Below are positions 24,546 through 36,837 of a DNA stretch of 64,000 nucleotides, piece by piece (within the stretch, counting starts at the first letter, position 1; each line of letters opens with the position of its first letter). Made by a program: the position numbers and the translations under genes. The stretch covers positions 2,429,953-2,493,952 of the forward strand of contig NEEC01000018.1 of NCBI GenBank assembly GCA_002189035.1, in the 5' to 3' direction. The notes under the pieces were generated by a model. The model ran no database searches. It was given only the letters and a program-made list of their open reading frames with translations, and was not told the origin of the DNA. The stretch comes from Utricularia gibba. Taxonomy: Eukaryota > Plantae > Magnoliophyta.

Positions 24546-27228
24546 TCCTCCTTTCCAAATGCGGCAAGAAGAAAAGTATTTGTAGCAGAGAGGAGAGAAG
24601 ACGAGACGAGACGAGACGAGAGTTATATGATGGGAGTGGAGAAAAGAGGATTACGCGGTCGTCTTTGCAGTTGAGAAGGTGGTCAAAGAAACCGCCCAGG
24701 CTTTCCCTTGTAATCTGCGTGCTGCTGCTACGTAATGTAACACGTTACCCTCGTCGCGAGGTGGTTTTGGTAACCGTCTTTTCTCACCAACGGAAACGGA
24801 ACCCTCTTCTGCTAACATTAAAGGAAACCAACCGTCCCTTTTTACACCCGCAACTGCATCTGCATCTGCAACCGCAAGCGCAACCCTCCGATGGGATGTT
24901 GTGTTGGACCGGGCGGCGCGAGGAAACAATAATGGTGGCCTGGCCTGCCCCTATTATTACGAATTTGGAGCGCGACCAACGGTACCTTCAACGGCATTCA
25001 ACCCTCTAGTCTAACTCTAACTCACTCCCTAGTCCCCCTTTTGCTATGTGGACTCCCTCCCTACTTGGAGTAGGAGTAGCCGAGTAGGTATTCAACTTCT
25101 CTCCCCTGTGTGTTCCAGTCAATCTGATAATACAAATTGGACTACAAAATGAATAATGGACCCCACGTTCAGTTCTAATCCCTTTCAGTTGGGCTTCCAA
25201 TGATTAAATTCTACAAACATCCGTCTGGTTCCCAGCCAGGCCCGCTCCCCCTCACTGTGAGCCGTCACATGCAAATTCCATTCCATCGTTGGGCTGCAAT
25301 CTGCATGGTGTGTATTTGTTTGTTACTGATTTTTATTTTGATGGTCGCACTGGCTCGCTGTGCGTTACTATTTTCTCTAGTCTGGCGACACCGCCTGCCA
25401 CTGAATCATGAGAAAGAAAGGGGAAACCGGATCCATAACACGCAGGCGGCAGGACATGTTATCCAAACCTGCCAAATTCTCTTTGCCCCCCTTTTTCATT
25501 TTGGTAGTTTCCGTCATCATGTCATGCATGATGCATGGCATTGGTAATCGTACAAAATGAGCAGTGTAGACTCGAGTGGAGAGGAAAAAAAATAAAAAAA
25601 AAGGCCACCATGCCCGCAGCTTATGTGTTTTTTTTTTTTTCCCCATTGGAGAGGAGGATGAATCATGATCCAGCTAGAACTGGGGGCATGATTCCAATGA
25701 AGGCACTAGGAATAATGATTGTAACAATAGGGCGTAGATGTTGATGGGCTTTGTATGAAACCCGTTGTGGCTCCTGGCAGTAAGTATCAACCATCCAGTC
25801 CCTCCCTCCTCCGCATGCTTATCTAATCTATGAATGTAATAGTGGAAGACCAAGGTTGGCAGGGAGGGTAATGATGAATGGCGTATCTTGGGTGCCAACG
25901 GATCTTTCACTAATAATTGCAATTATTACATCATAATTACCAACGCGGGTCGCGTTCATCCATTCGTGGACTGGACTGGAGACAGACGATGAGATGTATC
26001 CATAGTTAGTCGGTGTTTGGCAGGCAGCACCGCACATTAATCCAGTGGACTGTTTTGCACTCTACAAACTATGCTGCTGAATGGGCGTAATGCCTTTTAT
26101 TCCAGTGAAGAGAAGAGAATAGAATTCTGGATTGGATGGAGGGAGTGTCACTCAGTGTATTTTGTTTTTATTGCACACACTTCTGCCACGCAAAATGTGA
26201 CCAAAATCCTAAAAAATATTTGGCTAATGTGGACTCTCCGAAAATGATAATAGATACTCAATAAATAAAACAAAAGAGAATCGATTAGGGGGCCGACCTC
26301 CCTTGGCTTCAACCAATCCTTTGCATCATTACGGATCTAGGCGGAGCGGAGCCGGCCGAGCCTACACCATGAGGAAATACCCATAATGCCCCTGGCGCCA
26401 TCATTCACATGACGCCATCTCCTAAAAAGAAGTTGAAGCCAAGGGTGATTTGATCATCACGATCAGAGTAAAATGGGACTTCCAAAACATCAATTCCCCC
26501 CTCCCACGCATGATTGATTACTACCGACTCCCCCTTCCCCCCTTGTCATCTTTCTTCTCTTCCTCCCCTTTTGTCCCTCTGGCTATACATGTACTGCATC
26601 TAATGCATATGTATATGCATTTGCACATAACAGCAGCGTACATGTGCCTGTGTTCTGTGTGATGTTCCAGCTTTTTGCACTATATATACCAGCCACTCCC
26701 TCCCTGCCCTGCTGTGCCAGTTTCATCACATCGCACAGACACACACACTCACTCGCAGGATTCTGGTTTACAACTTCCTCTGTTTCTCCGTGTTCCTTCT
26801 GTTTATTCGCCCGGTCGTCCTCTTCTTCTTGAAAAAGGTGATGGATCATTTTTGGAAAATGGAGAGCCCCATGTTTTCTATCTGCATATTAGTTGCTTCT
26901 CTTCTTCCTTGTAAGATTGAATACGATAAGGCGGCATATGGGCCTGCCCTTTGCCTTACTACTAAATCCATGCGCTGGACTGGACGGGACTGGATGCTTG
27001 TTTTCTTTATCTTTTGAAATAGAGCTTGTTCTGAGTTCTCCAAAGAAAGAAGCTTCCATTCCGTTTCCCCTTATATATTATTTATGCCTTGTTCAGAATG
27101 CGCTTCTCTTTTTGTGTGTACCGATTTTGTTTTCCAATTTAGTCCTATCCAACTTTAACTATCCCTCTCTAGTGAGAACACTGGGAATGGGATTGTGACT
27201 GTTGTTGGTCTCATTTGGCACTGCAGAT

Positions 27229-27429
27229 ATGGAGAAGCTCAACTCGAAGCTGTACTTGGAGAACTGCTACATCATGCAGGAGAATGAGAGGCTGAGGAAG
27301 AAGGCACAGATACTGAACCAGGAGAATCAGGCCCTCCTCAACGAACTCAAGCAGCGCCTCACCGCGGCCGGAAACCCCATCCCCGGCTCTTCCGCTGCCC
27401 CCAAGAAACCCACCAACAAGAACATCTGA
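27229..27429 (+). CDS. ZPR3: LITTLE ZIPPER microProtein (ZPR3/4-like)
   Basis: MEKLNSKLYLENCYIMQENERLRKKAQILNQENQALLNELKQRL matches recalled ZPR3. A CAG acceptor 2 nt before the ATG suggests an upstream exon. Confidence 0.9.
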   Translation: MEKLNSKLYLENCYIMQENERLRKKAQILNQENQALLNELKQRLTAAGNPIPGSSAAPKKPTNKNI

Positions 27430-29294
27430 CGTTAGAGAAAAAAGGTGAAGCAGCAGCAGGAGGCTAGGTCCTGGGTGTACCAACCAGCAACTCTGCAATT
27501 ATTTTCCGTTTGTTGTTACATTGCATAGGGCGGGCAGCCGGTTTTTGTTTCAAATACTAGTCGTTTGTTTTTGTGGTGTTGTCGGTAAAAAATATGCTCG
27601 AGGATGCAGTTGATCATCATCACTTGCTTACGACCAAGCTTTGTTCTTCTTCTCCGTTCCGTTCATGATGCGACGTGTTCAGAAGCTCTCTCGCATGCTT
27701 TTATGAATTTGTCCGTCCATTCCCATAACTCAGCTGGCTCCTCTCCTCTGCCCTAAGAAATGCAAATAGGTACAATACGAGCGCGTTAGGATACGGTGGT
27801 GCTCTTAACATCAAAACTGCATTGATGGATCATTTTTTAGCGTACCACACGGCAAATGGGAGGGGAAATCGAGTGGAAAGGGATGAAAGTCAATGGCGGT
27901 TGGTTTCTCCCTTGCTTCTTGGTTATTATGATTCGCAATTCATATCATGTGACGGACATGACAACTTGGAATCACATCATTGACATTGAAAAAGGATACT
28001 CGATTGGTATTCCTCTATTTATGTTTGTATGGTATGCATGCTCCTGCTCTCTCCCAAGGCACCCATCATCCATCGTCTTTTCACTTTTAATTCGGCAGTG
28101 CTGCTGCTGCTGCAGTATTCAAACATGACAATGGGAATTGGGAATCCATATTTCTTTCTCTGCCAGTGCCAAGCAAAGGTGAAATTATGGTATTGGTGGG
28201 CGAGCATTGGGAATGAATGACCGGCCTTTGCTCTCTGCCTGAAGATCGATTTTGAGTAGCATGATTGCAACACGACATTCATCACATTAAGCACTACTTA
28301 CCCCATTCCTATCCCATCTATCTCTCCTCTTGCTTCAGCAGATCTCCAGGGCATCAACACAGAATCTTGGCGTATCCTTTCTTTTCCTCCTCTCCTCAAG
28401 TCACAACACATGCCCGAGAATCATCATGGCACACAACTTGCCATACAGGCGACATGGCTGATCACTCCCATCTGTTGGCCTGGCAGAAGAGGACACAGGG
28501 AGGAAGGTTCCGTCTCCTTATCGATAGATAACAAGAACACCAACCCCAACTTGACCATCATCCAGATATCCAAATCACTACAAGTTTCTGCCTTGCCCTG
28601 CCCTGCCCTGCCCCGCGACCGCCACCTCATATCTATCAGGTGTTACTTGTTAGAGACCGTTTCCCAAATTGCATCCCCCCAAAACGCTCAGAGATATAAC
28701 AGTTCACAAATATGGGCTGTGATCCATCCGCACAAGTTTTTTCCCTGCTTTGCCCTGAACGTAGCCAGTTCTTTGTTTTTCTGGTTTCCAGGAAAACCCT
28801 ACCCTGTTGACCGCTTTCCTACGGAACGGTGTTTTATTTAATTTCTTTCATTTTTTAATTATAGAAAATCTCTGGTTCGCTGTCACTGTTGCGTTGGCTA
28901 ATTCGGCAGCTGAAATTACGGCTCGGCTCGGTTTCTGCAAGGTGTAAACTGTAGCTCTTCTTCCCCGATTGTTTGAGCGACACCGTCATTGGCGTACCTT
29001 CATTTTGCCGTTGGTGTCAAGCATTGATTCGTGGAGTTCTAGTCCACTCGTTTCGAGTTTCATTTGGTTGTTCTTGCTACCATTCAATTGGGCTGCTCCT
29101 TTTTTTTTTTTTTTTTTTGGAATTGAAATGTTCGTGAAATGCGCATATTTCTTCTTCCCCTGCTTTACTAATTCCTTCCTCTATTTTCTAATGCAGGCTC
29201 TTCTGGGGGAAAGAAGTTCTGTTTATGGTGATTTGCCTAATGTGCGGTGTCGTTTGTCTTGTATAATAAGTTTCAGACTGAAATTCCTTTGCCT

Positions 29295-31680
29295 ATGGCG
29301 CAGTTGATACTCCGTTGCTTTACGCATCTGGATGCTCGTCCGCCTGTAGGATTACCGGCAGTCCGGGCCAGACTGGAAGAGCGAAATGGTCTCTCTAGTT
29401 TGGGCCAAAAATGCTCTTCCAACCACAATGTCAGATGTTCATCAAGCCTACATACCTTCCATCATTTTCAGGATGACGATGAGCCTTTTTTGAACATGCA
29501 CCCCGACGTATATAGGCTCAGAGGTGAGACAAACTCCGCAGTGGCCAACCTTAAGCAGGCCACTTCAATTGGGAATGTGACTGAAATGTTGAGAGACTCT
29601 TCAATTTCGCGGAAGTCTAATGACGCCAAAATCAAGGTTGTTGGCGTTGGAGGTGGTGGCTCTAATGCTGTCAATCGCATGATTGAAAGCTCAATGAACG
29701 GAGTCGAATTTTGGATTGTTAACACCGATGTCCAAGCAATAAGAATGTCACCCGTTTTCCCTGAGAATCGGCTACAGATCGGTCAGAAGCTGACTAGAGG
29801 GCTTGGTGCAGGGGGAACCCGGATATTGGAAAGAATGCTGCTAATGAGAGCAGAGAGTCGATAGAGGAAGCTGTCCATGGAGCAGATATGGTGTTTGTAA
29901 CTGTGAGGACTTTCTTGCATTAACCAAGTGATAGAAATGCCAATAAGTCGAATGGAAATTGTCACTTTTATCTTCAACTGGGGTTCTTTTGCATGGGCTA
30001 TTGTTGTTCGTTATGATGTGCTATGCTTTCGTTCCCATGACTTTGATTTGCGGTGGTTTAGAATCATCTTTCTGCTGAGAACAAACTATTAGAAGATGTC
30101 CTACCATGCATCTGCTATTTCATGTTTGTATTATCATGCACAATGTGTAAATCATGTTATTCGCAGGCTGGCATGGGTGGAGGAACAGGGACAGGTGGAG
30201 CTCCAATAGTTGCAGGAGTTGCAAAGGCAATGGGTATTTTAACTGTTGGTGTGGTCACAACTCCATTTTCTTTTGAGGGGCGAAGACGAGCTGTTCAAGC
30301 CCAAGAAGGGATTGCTGCATTAAGGGAGAACGTTGACACTCTAATTATTATTCCAAATGATAAACTGTTGACAGCAGTTTCCCCATCTACACCAGTCAGT
30401 GAAGCATTCAATCTTGCTGATGATATTCTTCGGCAAGGAATTCGTGGTATATCTGATATAATTATGGTATAGTTCCTGACACAATGTAGGCTCTTCAGAG
30501 AGTGAGAGTGTCTGCCTATTCCATTGACTTTTTCGATGATTTTCTCTATGGCACATAATTCTCGATAATATCCTTTGATTTGAAAAAATCATATTCTTCA
30601 TGTGCATCTGAACTCTCGCTTGTTACCATGTTGAGTACTTCTTTGATTTGCTCGGAGTTATTGTTTTCAGAGCCTTATGGATCCTCTTATTGTGCATTGA
30701 GGCATGTGTGAGAACATTGTTTCGGTCATCTACAGATTCCAGGGCTAGTAAATGTGGATTTTGCTGATGTCCGGGCCATCATGGAAAATGCTGGTTCATC
30801 GTTGATGGGAATTGGCACAGCAACAGGTACTCTGAAATGGTCACCTTACTTCACAGTGTTTTCCAATTGTTGGATATCTACCTTCATGGCTAGTTATCAT
30901 CAAGTGTAGGAAGGGTCAATTCTGCAGCACTCATTTCCTAGTTTATTTTTGATCCCTTGATCACCACTCATTTCCTAGTTTATTTTTGTACTATAAAAAA
31001 TATTACTTGGGTAAAATTCAGGAAAGAGCAGAGCCAGAGATGCAGCACTTAATGCTATTCAATCTCCTTTACTGGATATTGGTATAGAGAGAGCCACTGG
31101 GATCGTGTGGAATATAACTGGTGGCCCTGATTTGACGTTGTTCGAGGTCATACATTCTGATCATGGAAGTTGCTATATTTTCACATATGCTGATGATTCA
31201 TGCTGTTGTAATGAATGAATGAAAGTGGTAGCTTGCTTTTGGTCTTCTACTACAGGTGAATGCCGCTGCGGAAGTCATATACGATCTTGTGGATCCAAAT
31301 GCCAACTTGATATTTGGAGCTGTGATCGATCCGTCCTTGATTGGCCAAGTAAAAACTCCCAGCTTTCATATCCATATCTTAGTGTCGATCACCTTTCGTT
31401 AGTCTGTCTTTCCGTACTGATGCAGGTGAGTATAACACTAATTGCTACTGGTTTTAAACGTCAAGAGGATGGTGAAGGACGTGCAACCCAGCAGGTACGG
31501 CTCCTCAATTTTTTTTTTTTTCTTTGTATGAATCCAAAGAACGAATATATGGGTACTCAGGGAGATGGAACACGAGGCGTGAACCAGCAGCCTTCCTCCC
31601 CGCAAGAAGGTGGTGGCGGTTCGATGGAGATACCCGAATTCCTGAGGAGAAAGGGACGCTCTCGCTATCCAAGAGCTTAA
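29295..31680 (+). CDS. FTSZ2: Plastid division protein FtsZ2; apparent 1-nt deletion at 29811-29817
   Basis: [21 protein letters not shown], tubulin signature [19 protein letters not shown] and C-terminal [17 protein letters not shown]. Conserved GAGGNPDIG is restored by adding one base. Confidence 0.95.
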
Positions 31681-32097
31681 GGACCATTAAATAGTAGTTA
31701 CCAGTTCTCTCTCTCTTTGTATTAACTCCGTCAAAGGCACTGCACAACGCAAACTCCCATCTTAAAGAAGCGGCATTGCATAAGTAATGGGCTGGCGTTC
31801 GTACTAGCCCGTCTAGTAATTCTGGCCCCTCAAACATGGGCCGACTGTGAGCCCCTAGAGTTTCCTTAGAAGATTTGCGGCACTGCACGAAACTCGCTGG
31901 CGTCCGGTGATGATCCCCTTTTCGGCGGCTTTGCTTCTCTCGCTGCGGTATGCCCAACGTTTCTTTCTTGTTTGATTCGAGACAAATATGTTCTTAGGAA
32001 TCTGGCTGTCACTTGATTGCCAACTTATGTTTCTTTCTCTCTTTTTAAGTTTCTAGGCGTCCACTCCAAGTGCCTGGGAATTTCCCTTCAAGAAAGC

Positions 32098-32571
32098 ATG
32101 CGGAAAGCGGAGTTCTCTAGAGAAGAGGAGGTGTTCCAAGTCAGGAAGTTGGAAATCTCCGACAAGAACAAGGGTTTCGTTGACCTACTGCGACAACTGA
32201 CTGTTTGTGACTCCATGTCGGATGAGCTATTCAAGGAACGATTTGATGATATCGCTAGATATGGCGACGACCACCTCATCTGCGTCATTGAAGACACCAA
32301 CTCCGGCAAGGTTGTTGCAACCGGTAGCATCCTTATTGAGAAGAAGTTTATAAGGAATTGTGGCAAAGTTGGTCACGTGGAAGATGTAGTTGTAGACACT
32401 GGTGCGAGAGGCAAGCATCTTGGAAAGAAAATCATCGAGTTTTTGTCGAATCATGCCAGAGAAATGGGTTGTTATAAGGTGATTCTTGACTGCAGCCTTG
32501 AAAATATGCCATTTTATGAGAAATGTGGTTTCCAGAAGAAGGAAGTTCAGATGGTGAGGTACTTTTCTTGA
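32098..32571 (+). CDS. GNA1: Glucosamine-6-phosphate N-acetyltransferase (GNAT)
   Basis: Intronless; VATGSILIEKKFIRNCGKVGHVEDVVVD..RGKHLGKKII..GCYKVILDC..FYEKCGF. Confidence 0.93.
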   Translation: MRKAEFSREEEVFQVRKLEISDKNKGFVDLLRQLTVCDSMSDELFKERFDDIARYGDDHLICVIEDTNSGKVVATGSILIEKKFIRNCGKVGHVEDVVVDTGARGKHLGKKIIEFLSNHAREMGCYKVILDCSLENMPFYEKCGFQKKEVQMVRYFS

Positions 32572-32716
32572 ATAAACTTTTCCCACCTTTGAAATAATGT
32601 GTTGGTGAAGGAAAGAACTCGACCGTCAGGTTTAGAAAGACTTGCTTTTCATGATTCTTATTATGCTGATCAACAATTCTATGGGAGAAGAGACTTGAAT
32701 ACAAAGTTGTGTGGTC

Positions 32717-32940
32717 CTTATTCCTTGAAAATGAAGATTATCTTGCTTTTCCTTCACTGAAACCGACATCCGCTTTCTGGTTATTGCGTTGGCGTAGTAA
32801 CACCTAACATATTGTCTACGGTTGTAGTTCTTATTCTTTGAAAATGAAGATGACCTTGCTTTTCCTACGCTTACAGTTATCCCCATTCTGGTGATTGCAT
32901 TGGAGTAGTGTCACCTAACATATTGTCTACGGTTGTTGTT
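32717..32940 (+). repeat. Imperfect tandem duplication, 113-bp period
   Basis: cttatt(c/t)cttgaaaatgaagat...cacctaacatattgtctacggttgt occurs at 32717 and 32830. Confidence 0.85.
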
Positions 32941-33124
32941 TAGTTCAGTTATAGTTTGATTATTCTTGAAGTATGAGCAAAAACTGGAGATGAAGAAGCT
33001 TTGTTCTTGCCATATTTATTTGAAAGAAAGGAAGAAGAGGTTGCAACCTCAGCTTCCAGCTTTATTCAAAGTGCATTCTTATTGAACCATCTCCTCGATG
33101 AAGAAGATGGCCGTTGGGACTCCC

Positions 33125-33580
33125 TCAGACGAGTACCATCTGCATGCGGCATTCTCTGGTTTGAAGATTGCATGCGCTGGGTAGCTCTCTGGCCCTTTCG
33201 TACACCTGCTCTGACTCCCAGGTTCGGCCTCGCCCCCGGTGCTGCTGCTGTTGAGCTTGGCGGGCGGCTTCTCTGATGGCCTCACACTGGCATTCCTCGT
33301 TAACATTTCGCAGCTCCTGGCAGCAGTTCATCATCTCTTCCTGCATTCCCTCCTGACCTCGCCTTATCAATTCAATGAAGCGCCCTCTCTGTGAGAGGTA
33401 CCTTTCGCAGGAGTCGAATCGCATCCCCTCAATCTCCCGTCGGCAATGCTGCCCCCCTCTTCCCATGACGTCATCGAAAGAGTTTGTGGTTACCACGGTG
33501 GTGTACGTGGAGGCGGTGGTCACAGCCACCAGGAGAGCCATCCCTATCAAGAGACCCGCGGCTGCCTTGTTAGCGATCAT
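33125..33580 (-). CDS. 2S albumin seed storage protein (prolamin superfamily)
   Basis: Signal peptide, TYTTVVTT linker and eight-Cys skeleton C..C / CC..CxC..C..C; resembles recalled sesame 2S albumin (QVYERARELP..CN..C). Confidence 0.9.
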   Translation of the reverse strand: MIANKAAAGLLIGMALLVAVTTASTYTTVVTTNSFDDVMGRGGQHCRREIEGMRFDSCERYLSQRGRFIELIRRGQEGMQEEMMNCCQELRNVNEECQCEAIREAARQAQQQQHRGRGRTWESEQVYERARELPSACNLQTRECRMQMVLV

Positions 33581-33639
33581 TTCTGCTTCTGCTACTGGTG
33601 GGTGTGGTGGAGATAGAGTTGAAGAGTAGTGAGTGGTCT

Positions 33640-33746
33640 TTTTTATAGACACTGCATGGGATTTACGTGTTGAGTGCAAGGAGATTAGGTGGACGGAAAC
33701 ACCTGAGAAATGCATTTCAGCCCTCCACATATACGCCTGCATGCAT
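33640..33746 (-). promoter_or_regulatory. Seed-specific promoter of the 2S albumin: TATA, RY elements and ACGT core
   Basis: Minus strand TCTATAAAA ~60 nt upstream of the ATG; CATGCA at 33653-33658 and 33738-33745; ACACGTAA at ~33663-33670. Confidence 0.6.
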
Positions 33747-34109
33747 CCACCCACTTTCCCTTCATCCCGGCCCCGGGGACGACATATGCACAAGGAAGGT
33801 GATACCTCCGAGGCTTCAAAATCCCAGTGAGTATGAATTGGATTGTTAAAGAAAATGAAACATTTTGAGCCGTTATAATTCACATTGCGGCCCATTGGAT
33901 TGTTGATCCAGTGTTTCTGGGCTGGACAACTAGCATCTATTTTCCAAGGGCAAAAAAAGGAAAAACTCGAGTACGCAGGGGCAGGGCGCTCGAACTAGAA
34001 GCCAGCAACGGCATTACCTGTCCGATTTGGATCCACTTGAGTTTTAAGATCGGAAGGTTAAATATGCTTCAACACCACCGCCCTCGTAGCACTCCTGATT
34101 AGGGACACC

Positions 34110-36173
34110 ATGTCTCGGATTTTTAACTCTTACCCTGCTTCAATTTTCCAGTTACCCTCAACACGCCGGCAATGGAAACGGACAGGGAGCGACCGGGTTT
34201 TCTTCGCGTCAACCAATGCTTCCGATTCGCTGCCTTCGATATCGCCACCACCTAATTTCAGGGCTCCCGAACCGAAGCCCTTTTCCGTACGTCCAGATAA
34301 GATTCTGGACATCATTGGTTCTTCTCTTCCTTTGATTCTTAGACTTGGCACCGGTGCTCTCGTCTCCGGGTACCTGATTTTCTTTCTATTCACCCCCTTT
34401 TAGGATGCCGTGTGTTTCAACGCCCTTTTCATGAGCTTTTGATATATTGTTCTTTCACTTCTCATTGCAGATATTCCGTTCAGATAGTTCCAGCAAATGA
34501 GATTCCATCAGATCAGTATGCTACGGGGTTTGCTGGTAAGTTTTCGTGGTGTGTTTCTTTTGTAGTTACAAACGTGTTGCAGTGCCTTTTTGGCTTTCCC
34601 TTGTTACTGAAGAGCATTTACTGTTCTTGATTAAGAGTTTTTTTTTTTTACTCAGGTTTTAAGTTTAAGGAAACTTCCAAAATTGGATCTCGATCAGAGA
34701 AGCCAATTGAGATATACGAGTTCGAAGGGTACTACTACATATACTTCAGATCCTCGGTTTTCAAGTTCATGCTAATTGCTCTAATACGGAATTCTGGACT
34801 ATTATTTAGAAATATTAGGCTGTTTTTTTCTCTGTTGCTTGAGTGTAAGCTTACATCACATTTTTCTTTTTATGTGCTGATTGGATGGAATGCCATGGGA
34901 TTTATTCAGCTGCCCATTTTGTCGCAAGGTAAGCTTTGATACGTCGATTTCTAGTGATGGGTGGAAGGTCTTTTACCGTGGAAAGTTGTAACTAAATGTA
35001 ACAGGTTCGGGAAATTGTTGCTTTCTTGGATCTTGACGTGTTGTATTATCCTTGTCCTAAAAATGGTCCAAACTTCCGTCCCAAGGTTCTTGAAATGGGT
35101 GGAAAACAGCAGTTCCCTTACATGGTTAGGCAGTTCATACCTCAATACGCCATGTCTTCCAGTGGAGAAGTCACGCTCACCCTATCCTGTTCTTCGTTCG
35201 CTTTGCTGCCTTAGGTTGATCCAAACACAGGAGTTTCTATGTACGAGTCTGATGACATAATAAGATACTTGGCTGGCAAATATGGTATGCTGTTTCTTTG
35301 TGATTGAGACTTGTGGTTCAGCCTAGTTTTACCTGTCGGCATGGTGATCTGATAACTTTGTCGTTGCTTGCTCTTGCCCCTAGTGATTTGATTTATTTTA
35401 ATTGTTCAGGTGATGGTAATATCCCATTCATGTTATCTCTCGGCCTTCTAACCGTGAGTGTCGTCATCCTTCAAATATGATTGGATTCCTGTATCTTGGA
35501 GTATCTATGATGCTCATGATTTCCAATTTCCATTCCCACGTGCATTGTTTGGTAGACTTTGACAGCAGGTTTTGCGATGATCGGCCGAATGGGAAAGGTA
35601 ATTTGTTCGTTCTCCCCATGTTCATCACTACTTTTCAGAAGTTCTCATAATGTGCTGGGGAGTACTATTTCAGGGTTCTTCCTACACTTCATCAAAGTTG
35701 CCACCAAAACCCCTTGTGATTTGGGCATACGAGGTTACATACACTCTTCCTCGTGCTTGCTCAAACGGCATGTATGTGTTGATTGACTTGTGTTGTTGCG
35801 TGGAGTTCAGGCGTCGCCATTCTGCAAAGTTGTGAGAGAATCCCTCGTGGAGTTGGAAATTCCTCACATACTTCACAGGTAACTCAGACCCGATCGGCAA
35901 CCCCATTCCGTTGAGTAATCATCTCAACTTTGCAATCCCTGCGTCTTCAGCTGCGCCCGTGGGAGTCCGAAGCGGCAAGTGCTGTACGAGAAAGTGGGAC
36001 ACTTTCAGGTACGCGGGCTTTATTTCGTTCATCACGGCTATAAGAGTGAGGAGAAGACCTATGAATCCATAAAATTTTCGCAGGTTCCTTTTCTGGACGA
36101 TCCAAACACTGGAATTCAAATGTTTGAGAGTGCTGAAATTGTGGAGTACTTGAAGGCAACCTATGCTGTATGA
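34110..36173 (+). CDS. Chloroplast thioredoxin-fold / glutathione S-transferase N-terminal domain protein (At5g03880-like)
   Basis: Exons traced: PPNFRAPEPK, IEIYEFEGCPFCRKV, GGKQQFPYMVDPNTG..YESDDII, WAYEASPFCKVVRE, VPFLDDPNTGIQMFESAEIVEYL. Confidence 0.88.
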
Positions 36174-36837
36174 AGCGCCGTTGGTGGAGCATGTAACAGA
36201 ATAAATGTATCTATCTGTTGGTGCATTCTATGGAAACACACACTACACCGTCGCAAATCTCGATACCTGGGCTGCCACTAGTACTACTGCTACGACTACT
36301 ACTTGCTACCAGGAAAGGAAAATAATGGGCCGTGGGGCATGGTGGTGGATGACAATGTATTTATGGCGAGAACGATCTGTCGCCAGCCTTGTTTCAGCCC
36401 GCCCAAAACAAGCTTCTGTTTAGCCTGCACTGGCCATAAAAGGTAAACCTGGATTACTATTACCTGGGCTGGCTTGGATGCGGTGGCGACTGCGCTCCTG
36501 CACCAGAATTTCATTCTCGTAAAACCTGGGCTGCCCAAAGCCACCCAAAACGTAATAAATTGACACAAGGAAGGGATTCAGATTCAGTTACGACGTGGCG
36601 GGCAATGAGTGGGGCATGACATTGAATAATTTAAAATACGGAGGACACACGTGGTTTGTAAATTGGAAGTAGCAAAACAGGAAAAAATTCATCCACCCCC
36701 AGCGCAGCGCAGCGCACCCCAGCCCCAGCCCCAATCAATGCTTCTTCCCTTTCCTTCGTAGCCTATCCATCAATCTGATCCCATCCCTTTTTCCGCCGAG
36801 AAGAGAAACTGCGTTGATTTTGGCGGTTCCCTCAATT

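Noticed and set aside
30928-30988. 24-bp direct repeat in an FtsZ2 intron
   Set aside because: Small local slippage duplication with no evident function.
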